Assembly (NCBI GenBank): GCA_002256025.1
Contig: NKIB01014961.1
Coordinates: 1 to 39,329, forward strand
Direction of reading: 5' to 3'
DNA from: Asterionella formosa
Taxonomy: Eukaryota
Length of the DNA stretch: 39,329 bases
The position numbers and the translations under genes were made by a program. Of this stretch, positions 1 through 11,400 are shown one piece after another (within the stretch, counting starts at the first letter, position 1; every line of letters starts with the position of its first letter). The notes below the pieces were generated by a model that was not told the DNA's origin, ran no database searches, and saw only the letters and a list, made by a program, of their open reading frames with translations.

Positions 1-20
1 TGAGTGAAAGCTGCAGCCAT

Positions 21-968
21 ATGCACCTGTCGATAACCAAAACAGCGCTCTATTGTGTTGCTTTGTCGACTTGCTTCGTTGGATCCCTTTACGCTTTGGT
101 ACCTTCAAGGATTAGACGTTTGGATCGAGATAATATTCAGCAAATTCGAGGACGCATGTTTGCTGTATCAATGGTCAGTCTTGTGTCAACTTTGACCTAT
201 CCGTTGGTGTTTTGCAACATCGCTATGGAAGGCATTGAAGGTAGCCCATCAGCTTTGGAATTCATGGGTTGGAAATGGCACCTTCGAACTGTTTTGGGGG
301 TTCTAGCTCACACCGCTTCTCTCTACTTTGGATCAATTGCTACTATGCTGGTTCAAGTGATTGATCGTTATGCACGAAGCCCAGCTGATACGAGCTTCTC
401 CGCAATTTTCTTTTCTGCCTTTATCAAGCCAGTAGTTTCTCCTTATTTCGATCCTTTTGACGAATCTGAACGATGGAGTCAGATCCGAAACATCATTATG
501 GCTCCACTTACCGAAGAAATTGTCTTTCGTGGATGCATGATGTCACCACTATTGGCCAGTGGCCTTGGGCCAATCGGAGCAACATTTATTGCTCCTCTCT
601 TCTTTGGGGTGGCCCACGCCCATCATGCTATATTAAAGCTCCAAGGAGGCGCGAAACCAGCGCATGTCATTGTTTTAACTGCCTTCCAGTTCACTTACAC
701 GTCTCTATTTGGGAGTTATGCTGCTCATGTATTTATTCGAACTGGCTCAATTCCTGCTGTATTCCTTTCGCATTCATTTTGTAATTCAATGGGACTTCCT
801 GACTTGTCGTTTTTGTACAAAACAGGGGGCCGTTATTCTAGCCTCTACCAATTTCGATTTTTCCTCTTGATTTCCTATCTCATCGGCGTAATTACCTTCG
901 TTTGGGGCATCAGGAGTGACATGCTATTACCCCTTCCAAGCCGGCTACCAGAATTGATAAGCGTTTGA
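21..968 (+). CDS. RCE1: CAAX prenyl protease 2 (Rce1, CPBP/Abi family intramembrane protease)
   Basis: 315-aa hydrophobic ORF with the CPBP motifs APLTEEIVFRG, FFGVAHAHH and HSFCNSMGLP, plus QFTYTSLFGSY. Confidence 0.93.
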   Translation: MHLSITKTALYCVALSTCFVGSLYALVPSRIRRLDRDNIQQIRGRMFAVSMVSLVSTLTYPLVFCNIAMEGIEGSPSALEFMGWKWHLRTVLGVLAHTASLYFGSIATMLVQVIDRYARSPADTSFSAIFFSAFIKPVVSPYFDPFDESERWSQIRNIIMAPLTEEIVFRGCMMSPLLASGLGPIGATFIAPLFFGVAHAHHAILKLQGGAKPAHVIVLTAFQFTYTSLFGSYAAHVFIRTGSIPAVFLSHSFCNSMGLPDLSFLYKTGGRYSSLYQFRFFLLISYLIGVITFVWGIRSDMLLPLPSRLPELISV

Positions 969-1344
969 CATCAACTAAAAATAGATCGCTGTCTACTATT
1001 GCACTCTCAGATTCCAATAAAGGCAACAGCATGTGATAACAATTGGCCCAAAATACTTCAAACAGTGGCGTTCTTCACGATCCAGGCAGCGTTGCGTTTC
1101 ACTTGAATTTCCTACCGAATGAATGGACTTATAGATGTTCTGGCCTTGCAGTGAACGCGTCAACCACAAATCAATTGGGATGATCCTGTGCAATCATACT
1201 TGATGCAACTGACTATGACGGCCAGGTTCATATTGAGTTTGCAGCATAAAGGAGAAAATAAAGGCAATCCTATCAATGTTGATAAATAACAGACTAACGG
1301 TCTACAGGAGGGACACTAAATCATCAGGGCAGCGTACGCACGAA

Positions 1345-3993
1345 CTATGTACATCGCATGTTGTCAAGATAGGGCTCGATCATCTTGGCAATGTCGACCA
1401 GCTTACCATCTTGCCTTGGTTGCTCCGTCGTCAAGCTCGAGAAGGCCATACCATAGGCTAAGTTTTCTCGTGTTACAGCGACAGAGGCATATACAGCTTC
1501 GCCTAATATCAGTCGCAAGCGCAAAGCTTCATTGTATGCACGAGTAGCGTCATCGAACTTCCTCCTTTTAACCAAAACAAATCCGAAATTGCATAGCACT
1601 GTCGCAAGAGCAGCTTGAAGTGGCGCCCCGCCAGTGAACGATGAGTTGCGCAGAATTTCAATTGATTCTTCCAAGGCTTTGGATGCCGGCAATAATCCGC
1701 CGCATTCATAGTGAAAACAGGCCAAGTTGCTGAGAGTTTTGGCAACTTCAGGATGGTTGTATCCCAAAGTCTTCCTTCTTGCACGCAAAACTTGTGAAAA
1801 TATCATGATTGCGTTGTCAAAGTCTTTTCTTGCTGCTTGAATTAATCCCATCTTCGTCAAGGATATCTGTAAATGGTAAAATGTGAGTCACTTAAAAAAG
1901 ATACGAACTAGATTTTGCACAGTTCTGCTTACAGCGACATCCGGGTGTTCGAAACCAAGCGTGGCAGAACGAATGCTAACAGCGTGCTGGAAGTAAGCGA
2001 ATGCAGCAGTGTACTTCTCTATGAAGAGCATCACCATCCCTAGATTGTGAAGAGTTGCCGCTACTAAAGGGTGAAGTGTTCCATACTTCTTTCTATGAGA
2101 CCGAAGCGTTCCTTTCAAGAGTTCGAGTACGTCGTCGATCTCGTTGCGCTTTTGGTTGGAAATTGAGGAAAAACTTAGGATCGCAAAATTTAAAAAAATT
2201 CAAAGGCTGGCATAACTTACCTCCAAGTATTCTTTTGCTTGCGTGTATATGTGAGGCAGATGCAAATCAGCATCGATTACTTCAGTGCCGTCTACATCGA
2301 TTGGAATTGAGAAACGTGTTGCATGCGTTGCAGGAACAAAAGTGAGTTCGCTTTTGGTCAAACAACTAAAGCTTTCCATGATCGTGTCTCGAACAAGTTG
2401 GTATGGACCTATTTGATGAACAAGTGATCCAAGATCGACATAGTCACACAAAATGTCTTGTCCGTTTGTTGCTCTCGGCAGTGGAAGGCCCTCGTCAAAG
2501 ATCCTTTGTGCACGCCATGCTGGAAATTCAGGAGCCTCTGATACCAAATCCGCCTCGATGGATGAATCTATTCTTTTTGTTCTAGAAACTCGTTCTTCCG
2601 CATTAGCGAGTGATTCGAGGTGCTCAAGTGTTTCCAATATTGCTTCATTCCCATCTTCCAGAACCGATTCTTGCAACAGTAGGCACTCGTCCAAATGCGA
2701 TATCGCCTCACTGTAACGCTGTTCCCGTGCTTCGAGAATGGCCAAATTGCTCAAAGTTGTTGCCGTATTAAGAAGTTCCTTTCGAAATTGACTCGGAACA
2801 CCCTGAATTTGCTTTCTAAGAGCAATCGACTCATTGAGTGCCCTTTCGGCGGAAACAGCATCTCCTAAATAAATTTGCAAACAAGCTATGTTGTTCCACA
2901 ACAGTGACGCGACAGCTAAGTTCGTTCCAACCTTGTATGCAGCTTCTCTCCATGAAATTAAAGCATTGGCAAAGTCGCTCAAGCCAAAGTAGGTCAGACC
3001 TAGTTGTATTCGAGCAACCAATGCTGATTGCGTGTCGAATGCTGATCGCTGCAAAATTTCCTCGCTGTAATTCAAAGCTTTCTGCTGCTCGCCTGCCAAT
3101 AGACTGACCGATGATAGCCGACAAAGAAGTGGAGTTATAAATGAAGGGTTGGACTTTCGTCGACGCAGATCACGTAGCAAACTTTCGTAAGTTTCCAGTG
3201 CTTTCGCAAAATCTTGTTGATACAGATGTAGTTGAACCACCCCATCAACTACATGTAGGACATTTTCGTCATGACTCACCAAGAGTGATTCGTCGTCAAC
3301 TCGAACAGGCAAACTACGTTTTGAATCTCCTATGTTGACATCGTTCTTTGCTGGCTGGACAATGAGTTGGAGGTGCCAATGGATAGACCTCTCGAGAACG
3401 TCGGTTGGAAGCGGTAGATTCTGTTCAATAAACAGTTTCTGCCCTTGTGAGGCCAAGGTTTCGTTGGATTGAACACTAGGCTCGTCATCTCTATATATTG
3501 CAGCAGTCGGCATCAGCAGTGCTATATATACAAATGACAATAGGGGGCTGCTTCCGTGTCGCTTAAAATTACCAGATGGTATTGTCGTTGCGTTCGTCTG
3601 CACGTCGGAGTGCGACGCCAAGGCGGAATCCAAAGTATTCGCCGGCGACACACACTGTCTGCCCCACTGCTTCAAAACTGAATCCATTTTGACGCTTTCT
3701 CCCATCATGCTTTCTTCGTCGTCCTCCGGTATCAAGAGTAGTCGATCAAGTTCCAATGTGCTTGCAGCCAGTTTATCCGCTCCTTGTGGTTGCTCCACAA
3801 CGCTCTCATGTAAAGAACTCAAATCGTCACCGTCCATAACGTATTCCCCATTTAAGCAAAGAAACGTGGGGGGTTCCGCAGGAATCGACGAGAAATCACT
3901 ATGGTCTACAGACGAGCCGTCGCCTCCCGGTAAAAGAATACTCGACTTTCCGTCGGGCTTTTTGGGACTTCGACGTTTCAGTAGTCTTCTCAT
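1345..3993 (-). CDS. TPR-repeat protein (kinesin light chain/nephrocystin-3-like TPR_12 repeats), at least 3 exons
   Basis: Exons 3993-2221, 2148-1933 and 1866-1345. GT-AG introns 2220-2149 (GTAAGT..AAAG) and 1932-1867 (GTAAGC..TTACAG) join the three ORFs in frame. Repeats include HPLVAATLHNLG, LGFEHPDVA, LGYNHPEVAKTLSNLA and ATTLSNLA. Confidence 0.85.
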
Positions 3994-4140
3994 CTTCGAT
4001 CCTTTGGAAAATTAACGACGTATACTGTCACTTAGTAGGTTCTTTGGATCTAACAGGACCACATTATGAGGCACTTAATGCAGACTAATGTACTCGTCGG
4101 CCTCTCTTGGTCGAGTTCGGTGATTTTGATGCCGGGTTCA

Positions 4141-4523
4141 TGGTACCAGGTAGCAGTACCCTGGTACCTGGTACCTGGTACCGGGTAGGAGTTGGAGTAG
4201 GAGTAGAATTTAGAATAATCCAACCCTAGATCTCTATTATGTATATATATATGTATTACAAAATCATTTAACCAAACCCTCATTCATTAGGTCTTTAAAA
4301 TAACTCTTTCTACCGGTATGCACTGGCAGGGTACTCGTAGGTCCAGTATATGCGATACATATGTAGCATAGCCAGGCTATGTTTCCAAAGGATAAAATTG
4401 TCTTTTACTAGTGAACCCTACTTATCATGGTCTAGCTGTGTGCGTACCTGGTACCGGTACGATACAGTTCATGATATGCTGTTACTGGAACTGGTACCAG
4501 GTACCATGTAAGTACTGGTACCA
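4141..4523. promoter_or_regulatory. Cluster of GGTACC/TACCWGGTA/TACCGGTA words in the divergent intergenic region
   Basis: For example tggtaccaggtagcagtaccctggtacctggtacctggtaccgggta at 4141-4187, with more copies at 4443-4523. A regulatory role is inferred from position only. Confidence 0.4.
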
Positions 4524-5329
4524 GCTAAAACCTGGCTGAGAGCCAGCAACGTTTTAAACATTTTGAACTGCGAGTCAACGTAAAATCGAGTAAATTTGCT
4601 AGAAACGAACGTAATTACCGGTATTCAAGCAATGCATGTTGTAGCGATCAACTGGTACTTTGTAGTATAGTTTACCGGTATACAGTTCCATTACTACCAA
4701 AAATGATCGTGCCTTTTAGGGTATAGCTATCGACTACATATCAAGATTCTTCCATTGTATGTATGTAGGATTAAATGTGCCAGGAGACAATTTTCCTCGA
4801 CGCGTGTTTTTAATTTCAAGACGTTATAGACAGACTTTTTGTATCTGCTATACATAAAGTTTTATCGGAAAGTGACCATTCCGATTACCCACACGCGAGC
4901 AACGCATCAACGTTTCGTTGTGATGCTTTTCTACAAAACATAAATTCCGGTAATCTCGACGACCCTTGGCTCCATCGCTAAATCTATTTATCGACGACGG
5001 ATTAAAAAATATGCTACAGTATACATAGCATAAATTACATAGATATCGGTACTCTTGTAAGGTTCATATGACGGGTTCAATGTCGCGTGCATCCCCAATG
5101 GTCGGCCGATCGAAGCAAGCTCCTGATAATAGCAAAATATTCTTTTTCTCACAAACAAGACATCGTCGTGCACGGCCCGTCGGGTTTTTCATCTCTAATT
5201 CGATACACAACAAGAATTCGAATAGTAAGTATATTCGGCGATACAGATCAGGTGATCGTTGTATCGCTGCATAGTAAAGTCAATTCGGTCGTAACAGAAG
5301 TGGAAACCGAATACTAGACTTATTCCAAC

Positions 5330-6670
5330 ATGATGGCGGCAATTTCGCCAGAACGGAAAAATGCTGGTATTTCCACCAAGAATAGAGGGCAAAGTTGGAT
5401 GGATGGGTGCTTTGCAGACTTTGCTTGCTTGAAAATCGAGCAAACAGTGAAGAAGAATGGAGGAGAAGGAAATCAACCGACAGCGCAGAAACTGCTTATT
5501 TTGAAGGGGCCGGAGAATGTGCTTCTTGGGCCAAACGGAAAGATTGCTTTAAATGCCTCCATTGCACATTGGAAAAGGAGAATTACACAATATATGTTTA
5601 CTGGTCAGATAAAGCAATACCATCTTGCACAACCGAATGAAAACAAGGCTTCAATCGAATCCAGAGACGATGAGCAAAGCTTCGCAGAAGATTTTTCGCT
5701 TGAAACTAGAGGAGCAGTTATATCTACATCAATGCAACAGGTCACTGACATCATAATTAGCCCAATTATGGAAACCAACGATGAAGGCACTGACGGTCAC
5801 TTGTCTCAATTTGAAAGCATCGTCATCCTGTTGCAGTCTAGGCGCTTCCAACTTGCATTGAATACCCTGAACAATATGCTTGAGAGTGACATCAACAAAT
5901 TTGGTGAAATCAGCCTTCCAGTTGCTTTGCACCTTCACAACAAAGCACTTCTACATCTTGCCTGTGGCAACGCAAGAGAAGCTCTTTATCCGCTTCATGA
6001 AGCGCTCGAAATAAAGCGGGAGATCCTTGGGGGTTCTCATCCCTTTACAACTGTAGGTTGGATTTGTTCGTTTGCATGACAAGCATTGATATCATCTCAT
6101 GTCGCCATTGTTGTTTGAATTTTTCAGGAGTCTCATCAGCAGCTGGCAATCGCACTTTTGGCATCCGGAGAAACTGAACGGGCTGATCGCATGTTCCGAT
6201 TGCTTTCTACCACATTCAAGGCCTCCGGAAATGACTTGAATCTTGCTTGCTGTTACAACACATTGGGATGCATTAATTTTGTCAATGGAGCCGTTGATAG
6301 GGCTGGGTTCTTCTTTCAAGTTGCCTTGGACGCGTTTGTGTCTATTCCTGGTTCGTCACAAGATTTAAGCAAGGCAGAGATAGGACTAGCACTTTGCAAG
6401 GCAAGTTTGGGTGTTCTGGAAATGTCAAGAGGATTGGCGGGAGCATTATCTACATTAGTTGATGCCGAAACAGTGAGTATCCCAAATTGTGCTTGGGATA
6501 AAAAGTCGCCGATGATTCCATGTTCTCACGATGTATCCACGTACTCATTCGCATTTCAGTCCCTTCAAGGCCTTGTTAGAAGTGACGACGCTTTGTTGTT
6601 GTCGATATCTCTGAGTGTCAAGCGAGCCAAAATTGCTTGCTGGAAGCTCGTTGACAACGATAAAAAGTGA
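5330..6670 (+). CDS. TPR-repeat protein, 3 exons
   Basis: Exons 5330-6052, 6128-6472 and 6560-6670. Introns are 6053-6127 (GTAGGT..TTTCAG) and 6473-6559 (GTGAGT..TTTCAG). TPR_12-type motifs: LPVALHLHNKALL, EALEIKREILGGSHP, LACCYNTLGC. Confidence 0.78.
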
Positions 6671-7036
6671 ATTTAAATGTATTCATTTTCTGTACGAGGG
6701 TGTATTTGTTGAACGGGATACGATGTTGCTCTTGATATAAAAGTTTGCCTGATGTTTATACCGGTAATACAGTGAATCATGAATATGGTAACATGCCGAG
6801 CGAGAAGATTGTCGTTGGAAGTACAAGGCTTTTCACTAGTTATTAGGGCTCCTTGTGAAGTACAAGGTCAACAGATCAACCAAGTTTGTTGACAAAATAG
6901 ATAGCCTCGATGCCCCATTACGTTGAACAGCTTGTCCAAGAAAACTAATTTCAACCGTCTGTGTTTATCAAAATTTAGGAGCTTATCAAGCAACTTACAG
7001 TATGCAACATTACTCCCCCAGGTTTGCTTGGACTAC

Positions 7037-7903
7037 CTAGATCTCGTCTTCGTCATAACCATCGAAGTCAGCAGCTTGCGTCAAGCGAAGTTCCTTTTCC
7101 TTTTGTTCCTTACGTTTCTCCCTGGCAACTTTGAGTACAGTTACTTTATCCTCTTCGAGTTGTGCCTTAGTTAATGTGGCGTTGCTGCAACCGGCCACAG
7201 GACATTTTTTCATTTTTGAATTCCCGATGTAAAGCAGAATTGCTTGATGGGAGTAAATATGTCCACACTGTTTGCTCTTGACCGGCTCGTCAAACCATGT
7301 AGCAGTGATAGGGCACTTGAGATTGCTGCCAGACTTTTTTTCAACCTCGATATCCGAGTCGGAATCGCCATCGTCTTTGCCGGAATTGCCCTTGTTGGGT
7401 TGCTTTCGTATCTTTTCCCCGAGATTTCTGCACAAATCACGGTATTCCAGGGTGTCCGCAACGTCTTCCATAGTAGATTGCTGCTTCTTCTTTTCAGATT
7501 CCATCTTATCCACTATCATTTGCTCGTAATTGCGGACATCTCCCTCATTCTCTTGACCGGCAGAAACCTCATTCCTGACAACATCGAGTGATGATAAAAA
7601 AGCATTGATTTCACGTTCATGCTCAATATTTTGAAAGGCTAGCTTCTTGAGACGATCCCTTTGCTGCTGAAGAAAATCTTTGATATCTTCCTTGATTGAA
7701 TCTTCCATGCCTTCCGTAGCTTCCATCATGATCTTTTCCATCTCTCCGCCCTTTGCTAGGTTTTCGGCAAGGAAACTGGTATTGCTACGACGGAAGCCAA
7801 TTCCTTCCTTGTATTCATTTTCTTTACGCTGAATGGATCCCACCGCGTTCGCAACCGCTGCTGCGGAAGAGCTGTGGTGTGGACGGCCACTGTGGCGAGA
7901 CAT
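7037..7903 (-). CDS. NSE2: E3 SUMO ligase NSE2/MMS21 (Smc5/6 subunit, SP-RING zf-Nse)
   Basis: Coiled-coil N-terminal half, an acidic patch, then LKCPIT..FDEPV..KQCGHIYS...CPVAGC. Confidence 0.88.
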   Translation of the reverse strand: MSRHSGRPHHSSSAAAVANAVGSIQRKENEYKEGIGFRRSNTSFLAENLAKGGEMEKIMMEATEGMEDSIKEDIKDFLQQQRDRLKKLAFQNIEHEREINAFLSSLDVVRNEVSAGQENEGDVRNYEQMIVDKMESEKKKQQSTMEDVADTLEYRDLCRNLGEKIRKQPNKGNSGKDDGDSDSDIEVEKKSGSNLKCPITATWFDEPVKSKQCGHIYSHQAILLYIGNSKMKKCPVAGCSNATLTKAQLEEDKVTVLKVAREKRKEQKEKELRLTQAADFDGYDEDEI

Positions 7904-8282
7904 GACGACAAGTGTTGAAGCGAGGGAGCAACAGAGGAAAAAGTTGGTGTTCTAAAAAATGGAATTATCGGTACCAGTATATGTTTTGTTAATTCCTCGC
8001 TCAGCCAAACAACAAAAATGACGAAAAATGGCGCGCTTGACCTTGTCTGTCCAAATGCATCGTTGTTATTTGTTATATAAATATTATTCATGGTAAATGT
8101 TTAGTTATACGCATGGATATGTACATGTTTTTGGTAGGAAGGGAGTACCGGGTATCTACATATAACTGATGGAGCGGCTGTGTTTATTTTTATGAAGGTA
8201 GAAAACTCGCCGCAAGAGCGAATTTTTGTAAGGTTATTTCATCACCTGCTGCTGCCACAACGAGACCTACCGGTAAGCAAAG

Positions 8283-9245
8283 ATGGTCCCTCGACGTGTT
8301 GGTCTCTACTTGGCCTTGAGCTTTGCTCCCCAAACTACGCATGCTTGGAATCTGTCATCCCGAGCCAAGTTTCTCGCCTCCAGTGCTGCTACTTTTCTGA
8401 CATCGGCCGTAATCATGGCGTCGGATCCTGATGCTTCCTGCGCTGCTGCGCCTTCGCCTCGATACGTCGATTCCGAAATTGAAATGAACTATGGTAGCGA
8501 GAGTGCGCCTCGTACACGAGGCGTGCTGGTTCGACGTTTTACGGGTGATTCCACCCCATTTCAGTTCCCAGTCACACCAGTTCGTTTGATGAAAGTATGG
8601 CCAGAAGAACCACCCTTTGAGCCCAAGGATTTTTCTAGGGATGACGAGAGTGATGATGGAGGATTTTACACGGTACCTCGACTTGTATATCACATTGATG
8701 AGCCAGCGGTGGCATCCTTGACGCAATATTATCGCAACAACATCCCCCCAAACTCGGATATTCTGGATATCTGTTCGTCATGGGTTAGTCATTACCCAGT
8801 TGAATTCAAAGATACAATGGGTCGTATTTCTGGAAGTGGTATGAATGGGTTGGAGCTAAAGTTCAATGATCAACTCAGTGACTTTGAAGCCAAGAATCTC
8901 AACAAGGACCCAACCTTGCCATACCCTGACAATAGTTTTGATGTGGTCACCTGTGTTGTATCCATTGATTATCTCATTCATCCAATCGAAGTGTTACGGG
9001 AAGTTAATCGAGTCCTCAAACCAGGTGGAAAGGCAATTTTATCTCAATCCAATCGCTGCTTTCAAACCAAGGCTATTCGTATGTGGTTGGGAATGAATGA
9101 TCGTCAACATTTGGAGCTTATCAATTCGTTTTTCCAATATGCTGGAGGCTTTGAGGAGCGCAAAGCATATGATATCACAGCAACAGTACCCAATGGGGAA
9201 TATCGGGATCCAATGTTTGTCATTGAAGCAACCAAGATGAAGTGA
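8283..9245 (+). CDS. Class I SAM-dependent methyltransferase (type 11), probably plastid-targeted
   Basis: Motifs DESDDGGFYTVPRLVYHID, ILDICSSWVSHYP, LPYPDNSFDVVTCVVSIDYL, EVNRVLKPGG and SNRCFQTKAI. The N-terminal signal peptide ends THA|W. Confidence 0.88.
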   Translation: MVPRRVGLYLALSFAPQTTHAWNLSSRAKFLASSAATFLTSAVIMASDPDASCAAAPSPRYVDSEIEMNYGSESAPRTRGVLVRRFTGDSTPFQFPVTPVRLMKVWPEEPPFEPKDFSRDDESDDGGFYTVPRLVYHIDEPAVASLTQYYRNNIPPNSDILDICSSWVSHYPVEFKDTMGRISGSGMNGLELKFNDQLSDFEAKNLNKDPTLPYPDNSFDVVTCVVSIDYLIHPIEVLREVNRVLKPGGKAILSQSNRCFQTKAIRMWLGMNDRQHLELINSFFQYAGGFEERKAYDITATVPNGEYRDPMFVIEATKMK

Positions 9246-9412
9246 AATAGTTACGGCCCTAATAAGAAAGCATGCTATTACACAGATGCAGTAGTATTTC
9301 ATAAAATAGAAGGGACAGGGTGAAATGAAGTGAAATAGTTACGGCCCTAATAAGAAAGCATGCTATTACACAGATGCAGTAGTATTTCATAAAATAGAAG
9401 GGACAGGGTGAA
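9237..9412 (+). repeat. Perfect 88-bp tandem duplication
   Basis: 9237-9324 and 9325-9412 read identically (atgaagtgaaatagttacggccc...ggacagggtgaa) and cover the methyltransferase stop codon and 3' UTR. Confidence 0.95.
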
Positions 9413-9789
9413 TACTTGAATGGGCACTCTGTTTTGTTATTCCTGGCATTCTGGTATGCTGATGGTACAACAGGTGCTCCAGAGTATCAGTACCAGGTTT
9501 CTTGGTACAGAGGAGAAGGGAACCCTGGTATCAGGTACATTCCCCTGGAAGGTCCAATAAATGAGATATTTGATATTTAGCATAACTTTTCCTGAGGTAC
9601 AAACAATCTTTACCAGACATTCACTGGTACCAGGTTCTCCAAGTACTCCATACCAGGCAACCCCTGGTATCATGGTACCAGGTAGAGTACCTGCTAACAA
9701 CTTTGCCAAACCAGAGGGTTGTGATCATTTTGCTGAAACTGACAACATGGTGGCTATCAGACTCCCAAATTCAAGTCCAAAGGTGAAAT

Positions 9790-11400
9790 TACATCAACAT
9801 AGGAAATATTGCTTCAATGAAATGATGTAAACAGCAATCAACACATCAAAGCACACCCATGGACCATACAAAAAATGTCCAAGTCATGATTTTCCAGTCC
9901 ACACATGTACTTTGGAGGTGGGAACTGTCAGCATCCGAAACCTCTGTCCAGAAATTTTGTGTGATTTTGTGCAGCCCAAAACCTGTGTACTCAATATTTT
10001 TGATCAATCTTGATGACCTTCTTGGGCAATATACCAATGTTTCTGCAAAGAGCTTGCGAAAACCGAGCATGCCATCAACCACCCTCCTTACAGGAGTGTC
10101 TATATGCAAGCATGGCATCTTCTGCCATGACTGAAAGAGCGATGCTAACACCTCTATTTAGCCACCATTTTGTGGCCCATATCACCTCCAAACTGATTTG
10201 GAGGCATCTTTCCGTCATGGACATTCAACAACATGTTGAAATTTGTAGTGGCTTTAGAAAACCACTGTATATGTAATCTGTTTTTGCTATTCATGATCTG
10301 CACACAGTCCACCATGCTCATTGCACCATTTTTCGATCCATCTGAGTGGTTGCAGGTTTGCCCTCTACCTTTTGATTAATGATTAAAAAAAATAGAATGA
10401 TTCTAGAACTCGAAAGGAAATAATAAATCAAATAAATGGAAGGCAGTGAAATTCAAATGAATTGGAAATGATGAAAATATTGGATTGCTCATTGATGTGT
10501 TCATCTGTCTCATGTCACAAATTCCTGACTTCTCCCAGCACTTATAATCAAACAAGCAGTTTGTTAGCACTTCATCATGAATCAAAACCTTTCAGATGCT
10601 GGGGCATTGTCAATGTCAACAACTCTAGCTGGAATGGCAACATCATCATAGTCGTGAACTGTGCCATTGCACTTCTTGACAAGTTTGAGAAGCTCTGAAG
10701 GTATCACATCATCTTCTGCTACCTCCTCTAGTGCCACATAATCGCCTTCATCATGGTTAAAGGTCGGGCCAACGCCCCGACGGGTAGGGCAGACCGCGTA
10801 CTGGTCAAGACTGGGGCTGCACACAGGTTTTTAGTGAGTGAAAGTCTCACACTACCTCGCCCAGGTGAGAGGGGTGGGGTGCCTCACCGGACACTGGGAC
10901 ATGACTGGATGACGGGGTGCCTCAAAAACATTCCTGAACACGTGAACTGGTGGGAGGAGTTTGAATCCTCCCATGATGCCCCCCAAGCACCCCACATCGA
11001 TGGGGCAGGCGGGTAAAGCGGCCGGATGGGTTTTCTCCTGGCGCCTTGGAACAGCCCAAAAAAAAATCATGGTTAAAGGTGTCTGGATCACCATCAGAAA
11101 TGATCTAGAAGTGATTTTCAAGGGCATACAACTCAGTTGTATCAGCATCATCCACAGTCCTGGGAGCTGTGATGGCAATGGCAATCACCTCTTTACCTCT
11201 GATTTTCTTGAGCTCCCTCCTCTGCAGAATTGACATTCTTTCAAGTTGATGACATTTGGCAATGTTCATATGATAATTGTAGACCCACAGTAATGGGTGA
11301 ATGAACTTGGAAAGGCATGAAATGATGGCACCTTTGTCCATTGTCAATTTTTGTTTTCATGCAATCCTGCAGAGATATTTTTGGCAGGCAGCCAGACTTC
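9790..11400 (-). mobile_element. Degraded piggyBac-like (DDE_Tnp_1_7-type) transposase relic; element may span ~9700-11530
   Basis: Minus-strand manual translation with stops and frameshifts gives SHYKFQHVV..HDGK..QISLEVIWATKWWLNRGVSIALSVMAEDAMLAY (~10250-10100), a Cys/His-rich tail (LQSTCVD...CVDCCLHH) and an acidic N-terminal region (DGDPDTFNHDEGDYVALEEVAEDD). Confidence 0.7.
10750..11080 (+). mobile_element. A-tailed SINE-like or 5'-truncated non-LTR retroposon (10765-11065) with 15-bp TSD
   Basis: ATCATGGTTAAAGGT occurs at 10750-10764 and 11066-11080, with an A-run at 11058-11066. The GC/CpG-rich insert sits in CpG-poor flanks. Confidence 0.82.

Noticed and set aside
10895..10975. Hammerhead ribozyme or tRNA-Leu(CAA) inside the SINE-like insert
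   Set aside because: CTGGATGA does not fit the CUGANGA core, and the acceptor and T stems do not form properly; only a B-box-like word is supportable.
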